From positions 1,408,001 through 1,472,000 of the forward strand of contig OY969801.1 in assembly GCA_963703225.1 (NCBI GenBank): a DNA stretch of 64,000 nt. The letters are read 5' to 3'. How positions within the stretch are numbered: position 1 is the stretch's first letter; each line of letters starts with the position of its first letter. Position numbers and translations under genes: made by a program. The notes under the pieces are model-generated. The model made no database searches, was not told the DNA's origin, and saw nothing but the letters and a program-made list of their open reading frames with translations. Positions 58,931-64,000 of this stretch are shown here, one piece after another. The stretch is from Candidatus Eiseniibacteriota bacterium (lineage in GTDB: Bacteria; Eisenbacteria; RBG-16-71-46; SZUA-252).

Positions 58931-60394
58931 CTACCTCTGGGTCACCTCGACCATCGCTCGGAACGACATGCGCTGGAGGTCGGAGGCCATCTCGTCCGCC
59001 TTCCCTTTCGACTTCATCCGCATGAGCGTGATCACGTATCCGCCGCGCTTCGGGTCCTTGTCGATCCGCGCATCCTTGGTCCGGAATCCGAGGAGATCCA
59101 GCGCCTTGATCTCTGCCTGCGCGCTCTCCTTGGATGAGAAGCCGGGGAGCACGACGGAGTACTCGGACGGCGCCGCGGGTTTCGGCGGAGCTTCGAGGGC
59201 GACCTCCGCTTGCGGCGCTGGCGCGGGCGAGGCCGCGGGCGGCGGCGGGGCCGGAAGGGCCGGCGCGATCGCAACCGCCTTCGGCGTCTCAACCGGAGGC
59301 GGCGCGGGCTTGGGCGCCGCTGCCTTCGGCTCCGCGCGGACGATGGCCGGCGGTCCCGTCGGTGCCGGAGGAGGTGCCGGCTTGGTCGGCTTGGGCTTCT
59401 TCGGCTCCGGCTGCTGCTCGTTGGCGCCGTTCCCAAAGCTGTACCCGAATGAGAGCCGGTGCACGTCGTCGAAATCGTTGCTCGGAGTCATGGCGTAGTC
59501 GACGTTCAGCTGTCTGAAGTTGATCCCGAGACCGTAGGACAACCCGTTTGACGGATCATCCGTGGTCCCGAACTCGTGACGGTACCCCAGGCGCAGGGAG
59601 ATGTTCGGGTGGGCGCGGACCTCGGCGCCGATGCGGACATCGTTGTAGTAGTCGCTCGGCATGTTGTAGTCGGTCGCGAGAAGCACGCGTCCGCTCGCGA
59701 CCTGCCGGCTGGCGCCGAGGCGAATCTGGTGCGGGAGCGGATAGGAGGGCGACCCGCTGAAGGAAAGGCCCGGTCCCAGGTTCTGCGCCACCGCGCCAAA
59801 CGTGGTCCCCTGCCACGAGAACATGGCCCCGAGATCCATGGCGGGTCCCATCGCGGAAACGGTGGCCAGGTTCTGGCGGATCATCTTCACGTTAGCCCCG
59901 ACCGAAACGCCGTGACCCAGAGATCGAGCCAGGCCCGCGGTGAGAGCCATGTCGTACACCTTGAATTCACCGGTTGGGTTGCCAAAGTCATCGACGCCGT
60001 CGATGCTGGGAAGGTGAAAGTAGGCCAGGCTGACCGACCCCACCCCCAGCTTGGGGCTCATCGGCTGCGCATAGCCGATCCACTCGTAGTTCAGGTCCTG
60101 TAGCCAGGTCGCGTGCATCGCGCCGATTTGCCGGCCATCGAGGTTGGCGAGCGCGGCGGGGTTCCAGTACTGGGCCGTGATCCCGGCCGCGGATCCAACC
60201 TGCGCTCCGCCCATGCCGCTGGGTCGGCCGCCGATTTCAAAATCGAGGAAGTTCCCGGCGCTGCTCCCCACCGCGCCGTCCGCGTACGCCGGGCGTACGA
60301 TCACGTACAAGAGGCTCGCCAGGAGGGCGACGGCGATGGCGCCGTGACGGCGACCGCGCTGTGCCCACCTGCGTCCTACGAGTGGCGTAAGCAT
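58931..60394 (-). CDS. PorV/PorQ-family beta-barrel fused through a Pro/Ala linker to a SPOR-like domain
   Basis: Signal peptide, FLDFEIGGRPSGMGG..YWNPAAL, barrel end HRLSFGYSF, a Pro-rich linker, then YSVVLPGFSSKESAQAE..SKGKADEMASDL. Confidence 0.8.
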   Translation of the reverse strand: MLTPLVGRRWAQRGRRHGAIAVALLASLLYVIVRPAYADGAVGSSAGNFLDFEIGGRPSGMGGAQVGSAAGITAQYWNPAALANLDGRQIGAMHATWLQDLNYEWIGYAQPMSPKLGVGSVSLAYFHLPSIDGVDDFGNPTGEFKVYDMALTAGLARSLGHGVSVGANVKMIRQNLATVSAMGPAMDLGAMFSWQGTTFGAVAQNLGPGLSFSGSPSYPLPHQIRLGASRQVASGRVLLATDYNMPSDYYNDVRIGAEVRAHPNISLRLGYRHEFGTTDDPSNGLSYGLGINFRQLNVDYAMTPSNDFDDVHRLSFGYSFGNGANEQQPEPKKPKPTKPAPPPAPTGPPAIVRAEPKAAAPKPAPPPVETPKAVAIAPALPAPPPPAASPAPAPQAEVALEAPPKPAAPSEYSVVLPGFSSKESAQAEIKALDLLGFRTKDARIDKDPKRGGYVITLMRMKSKGKADEMASDLQRMSFRAMVEVTQR

Positions 60395-60489
60395 GGTGAT
60401 TTCCCCCTAGACGTCGTCGGAGCCCCCGGTCCGAGCCCCTCAACTTCGCAGATGATTCAGGCCCGCACCTTTGCAGCAGAGGACTGGAC

Positions 60490-60506
60490 TGCACGGAGCG
60501 TGCCAG
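60490..60506 (-). promoter_or_regulatory. Sigma54 (-24/-12) promoter for the PorV-SPOR gene
   Basis: On -, CTGGCACGCTCCGTGCA (GG-N10-GC; consensus TGGCACG-N4-TTGC), about 95 nt upstream of the ATG. Confidence 0.75.
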
Positions 60507-60687
60507 GGGTCCGTGCTCATTCTGCACGAGGCTTTCGGCTGGAGATGGCTATGGGCCAAACGGGTATGGAGCGCCGAGATGGAGTGGCAAACCGCACGAC
60601 CCGTCGAGCCGGGAGCGCCTGCAATTCGCGAACGATCCGTGGCAACTTGTACTCACGTCGCCGGGAGAAAGGTCCGCAAATGCGGGG

Positions 60688-61785
60688 CTAATGGAAGCGC
60701 ACGTTGACCGCGAGCCCGGGGCCGTCAGGGAGCATGATCGGAGCGATCGAGGACACCTTGGGCTTGTCTGGTGCCGTCAGATGCAGGTACATGACCATGG
60801 CGTCGAGGACGTTGAGAGCGTAGAACGACACGGTTCCGATCAGGAAGCCCTGACGGATATTCTTGCTCGCGCTGAGGCTCCGTGAGGCCTGTTCCAGCTG
60901 CAGCTGTCGTTGCGTCTGATTCGAAGGGCCGGCGCTGTCCACGTTGATCTGGGCCCACTTGAAGTCGGTCTCATCCCGCCGCACCCGGTAGTCGGCGACC
61001 ACATATCCAGCCCCGGAGCCGATGACCGACGCGAGCCAGACGATGCTGCGGGTCCGGTGATTGGCAAACTCCTGCCCCGCCCCCGGGATCAGTAGGGAGC
61101 GCCACACGGCGCCTCCCCGGGTCGCCTTGGGTGCGCCCAGGGTGAGCCGATTCGGCGTCGTCTCGAGCAGCGATATGCGGGGGCGAATCCAGTAGTCGAT
61201 CGCGCTCATTCCCCAGACGACGCCGCCGTAGGTGATCCAGGCGTTCCGGGCGTATCGCTCATCCTCCGCCCGGTCCCCGGCGAAGTCCCCCACCTCGTCC
61301 AGGCGATCCCGGTAGGTGAGCTGGGCGCGAACGGCCATGACCCCGGCGGCAACGGCCGCCGTGGCGAGCGTAATTCCCCTTCCCACGCGACCGCCGGTCA
61401 TATCGGGGACGCCGGGGAAGTTGAATCCGCGAAGAATCAGCGCGGGCGACACTCCGGGCGGCTCGGAGACGACGAATGGGAGCTCGCCCTCCGCCGGCAG
61501 AAAGATGAGTCCGTGGGTGCGCGAAAAGCCGGGGCCCTGGATCACGATGGAATAGATTCCCGTCATGACCGGTAGAACGTCGAGCGGCGAGCGCCCCGTC
61601 AGGTCGGAGGCGCCGTGCAGGGTCACTTCGGCGTTCTCGGGGATGGTGAGAATCGTCAACACCGAGGACCGGGGCAGCTGCGACGGGGCGAGGGGCTTGC
61701 TTCCGCCGGGAGTCTGCCCCGCCGCAAAGCTGGGAGCGAGGCAGACGGCCGCGGCGACGCAAACCAGAAAACCGCGAGGCATCAT
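60688..61785 (-). CDS. Exported protein: PEGA-like domain and two DUF5683-like modules
   Basis: Signal peptide, TIPENAEV..GRSP PEGA-like domain, RSLLIPGAGQ and ..NVLDA-type modules, and a terminal LAVNVRFH. Confidence 0.7.
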   Translation of the reverse strand: MMPRGFLVCVAAAVCLAPSFAAGQTPGGSKPLAPSQLPRSSVLTILTIPENAEVTLHGASDLTGRSPLDVLPVMTGIYSIVIQGPGFSRTHGLIFLPAEGELPFVVSEPPGVSPALILRGFNFPGVPDMTGGRVGRGITLATAAVAAGVMAVRAQLTYRDRLDEVGDFAGDRAEDERYARNAWITYGGVVWGMSAIDYWIRPRISLLETTPNRLTLGAPKATRGGAVWRSLLIPGAGQEFANHRTRSIVWLASVIGSGAGYVVADYRVRRDETDFKWAQINVDSAGPSNQTQRQLQLEQASRSLSASKNIRQGFLIGTVSFYALNVLDAMVMYLHLTAPDKPKVSSIAPIMLPDGPGLAVNVRFH

Positions 61786-61793
61786 CGCCGCGC

Positions 61794-61823
61794 ACAATAG
61801 GATTGGGGGTTGCCTCCTGTCAA
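61794..61823 (-). promoter_or_regulatory. Sigma70 promoter, probably leaderless
   Basis: On -, TTGACA-18 bp-TATTGT. The ATG is 8 nt downstream. Confidence 0.6.
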
Positions 61824-61898
61824 GGAATCATGGCGAAAATGCAAAAGGCCGGAAAGACATTCGAGTCTCTCCGGCCGCGGCGACGCATAGAGGCGTTC

Positions 61899-62282
61899 TT
61901 AGAGAGTTTGCCTCTTGCGAACCGAGAGGAGAAGCATGAGGCCGAGGCCAGCGCTCAGCAACCAGAGGGAAGATGGCTCCGGGACTTCGGAGAGCTGACC
62001 ATCCCTCTCGAACTGGGCGCGCTTGTAATTGTCGTGCTGTCTGCCGCCGGCTCCGACGGGATCCAAGCGAGTAAAGCTGGATGCCTGCTGGGGAGCCAAG
62101 GTGGTTCCGAAGCGGGACCCTGTCGCTTGCGCGCTGCTGTTCGCCGCTCCCTGATCCGCCGAGTTGTCTGCGACCGTGCTCTGACGGCTGGAGAGCTGCA
62201 GCGACGGAATCGCGTATGCGAAGGTCGTGGACAGCACGACCAACGCGATTCCGACGATTGCTACGACAGCGATGCGACGCAT
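61899..62282 (-). CDS. Small PEP-CTERM sorting-signal protein
   Basis: Signal peptide ending AYA, then C-terminal VPEPSS, a TM helix and RKR. Confidence 0.88.
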   Translation of the reverse strand: MRRIAVVAIVGIALVVLSTTFAYAIPSLQLSSRQSTVADNSADQGAANSSAQATGSRFGTTLAPQQASSFTRLDPVGAGGRQHDNYKRAQFERDGQLSEVPEPSSLWLLSAGLGLMLLLSVRKRQTL

Positions 62283-62348
62283 TTCCGTGTAACCCCCCAC
62301 TGGAACTGCGAAACTTGCAGACCTCGGCACTTCTTCCGATCGCTAAAG

Positions 62349-62378
62349 AGTTTACCCCATATTCTCGCCCGGAGTCAA
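62349..62378 (-). promoter_or_regulatory. Sigma70 promoter for the PEP-CTERM gene
   Basis: On -, TTGACT-18 bp-TAAACT. Confidence 0.55.
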
Positions 62379-62499
62379 ACAGAATTCTTCTCCTCCGAGG
62401 GATCGCGCGCTGGTGGTGGAACTGGAGTTTCCGCAAGCGTTTAAGGGCGGTGATGGGTCGAGACGCCGCGTTCCCTATCTTCAGCACACCCACGCGCGC

Positions 62500-63951
62500 C
62501 TATTCCTGTGATCGTGGATACCCCGGCAGGGTGTCTCCCATGTGGATGGCCTCGAATCGGGCTGAGTAGCGGCGGCAGACAAGGTCGAGCATGGTGAGCA
62601 ACGGCCGCTCGGCGGCGCGCCCTCCCTCCTGTCCCCCACAGAGGAGAAATCCGAACAGCTCATCCGCGCGTGTGATCGGAGCCGCACTCGTGGCGGCGCA
62701 AGCCCGGATCTGTTCGGCATTCTCGACGTAGATCGGTATGTACTCGAGGTCGTCGGGGCGGCCACGCAAGTGAATCGCGCGACGCGCGCGGCCCAGTTCC
62801 GTGGCGAGAGGCTCACTGGTCAGGACCACGACCCGCGGAGGAGGATCCAGCGTGCTCGCCGCCACGATGAAGCGCGGCTCGCGCATGTCCGCTAGGAACA
62901 GCGTTACGGGATCCGTTCCGACGAGATCGCGGACGTTGCCGGGGATGATCTGACACAGCTCCGCGACGGTCACGCTCTCCCCTACGGCCCCAGCGACGCG
63001 CGCGGAGATCTCGCGAGGGTCGATGTGGCGTCGGTTGAGATAGGGATCGATCAGGCGCTGAACTCGCCGGCTGATGCGGTTCGAGATCGCGAGCGCCGCG
63101 ATCCCGAGGGCCGCGCCCGACGCGAGGAGAACCCAGAGGCCTCGAGCGATACTCCAGCCGGTGGCGTGCGTGATCCACAGAAGGGTGGCGGTGGCGGCGA
63201 GGACGCCGACAGAGATCGCGAGCGAGGTGGTCTTGATCAGCGGGCGCCCCGCGCGTCGGACCCGAACCTCCAAGAGCCGTCCGCGAATGAGCGAGAACGG
63301 GAGTGCGAGCGCCAAGATCGAAACCGGAACCCATCCAATGCTGATGTCCGCCGAGGCGATGAAGCCTGAGAACATCGCCGTAATCCCAACGTACCCGAAG
63401 AACGCCGTGGCGATCAGGATCCCGAGGAGGGCCGGACGGAACGCGCGGTGCGGCTTGGGAGCGAGGGAAATGTAGGTCGATTCGAAGCTCGCCGTCGTAA
63501 GGACGAGATTCAGCATGATCAGAGCGACCATGGCGGTGGTTCCGAACCGCAGCGGGAAGATGACCGCGCCCTTGAGGAACGAGATGGAGACCCAAGTGGG
63601 GGTGAATCCGACGAACAGCATGGCGGCGACCGCGGCGATCGCCTGGGCCACGATGTAGCCCTTCCAGACCGGTCCGAGGCCGGATGGCGGGGCGAGGCAC
63701 AAGGTCCGAGAGAGGAGCACCCAGGAGAGCGAGACGGGCAGGGCGAAGGCGAGCGAAAGCTCGAACCACGTCTGTCCACCGCTCACGTCATAGGTAGCCC
63801 GCGCCCAGCCGAATTGGAGGAGCCCAAGAGAGATCAGCGCGACCGCCGCGAGAAACGAGGGATAGCGCCCCGGGCTCAGGAAGAGGACGAAGCCACCCCC
63901 GAGCATCGCCAGGATGCCGCCTGAAACGATCAGGAGTATGTCGAGGGTCAT
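62500..63951 (-). CDS. Multi-TM plus GAF-like sensor resembling the PrsK N-terminus, with no kinase domain
   Basis: About 9 TM segments, SNRISRRVQRLID juxtamembrane segment, and a GAF-like end (AAPITRADELFGFLLCG..LLTMLDLV). The stop comes before any H-box. Confidence 0.65.
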   Translation of the reverse strand: MTLDILLIVSGGILAMLGGGFVLFLSPGRYPSFLAAVALISLGLLQFGWARATYDVSGGQTWFELSLAFALPVSLSWVLLSRTLCLAPPSGLGPVWKGYIVAQAIAAVAAMLFVGFTPTWVSISFLKGAVIFPLRFGTTAMVALIMLNLVLTTASFESTYISLAPKPHRAFRPALLGILIATAFFGYVGITAMFSGFIASADISIGWVPVSILALALPFSLIRGRLLEVRVRRAGRPLIKTTSLAISVGVLAATATLLWITHATGWSIARGLWVLLASGAALGIAALAISNRISRRVQRLIDPYLNRRHIDPREISARVAGAVGESVTVAELCQIIPGNVRDLVGTDPVTLFLADMREPRFIVAASTLDPPPRVVVLTSEPLATELGRARRAIHLRGRPDDLEYIPIYVENAEQIRACAATSAAPITRADELFGFLLCGGQEGGRAAERPLLTMLDLVCRRYSARFEAIHMGDTLPGYPRSQE

Positions 63952-64000
63952 GGCCCGGCCACCCCCTCGCGGGGCCCGGAGCGTTCGAGCAGGCCCAACT

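Overview
A 64-kb, very GC-rich bacterial chromosome segment, mostly housekeeping genes, that spans the probable replication terminus. A near-canonical dif site lies at 50234-50261. Almost all genes to its left are on + and all genes to its right are on -. xerC, xerD and topA lie within about 21 kb of it. The + arm carries sppA, HU/IHF, a bS22-like small ribosomal protein, rnr, a PilZ protein, a PorV/PorQ-family barrel, a glgD-like/glgC pair, comEC, purN-purC-purH-guaA, an M6 protease with a FlgD-Ig/T9SS-CTD-like tail, an Slt, secA, smg-like, topA, xerC, argF, dapAB, proS, uvrC-ogt-xerD, a beta-CASP RNase/SNF2/YqhG-like trio and a GH57. The - arm carries leuS, holA and lptE, then a cell-surface cluster: a sigma54 activator, a soluble Cys-containing histidine kinase, a priming glycosyltransferase, a sigma54-driven PorV-SPOR fusion, a PEGA-DUF5683 protein, a tiny PEP-CTERM protein and a PrsK-like membrane sensor with no kinase domain. 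Gene content suggests an FCB-related candidate-phylum bacterium such as Ca. Eisenbacteria (inference, not searched). Many single-base frameshifts hit essential genes and look like long-read assembly errors. The best candidates for something new are the apparently split PrsK/PrsR-like PEP-CTERM and PorV-SPOR cluster, the beta-CASP + Tudor-SNF2 + YqhG-like operon, the inverted partial dif copy and the structured RNA-like region at the window start. No CRISPR array, tRNA, rRNA or IS element was seen.
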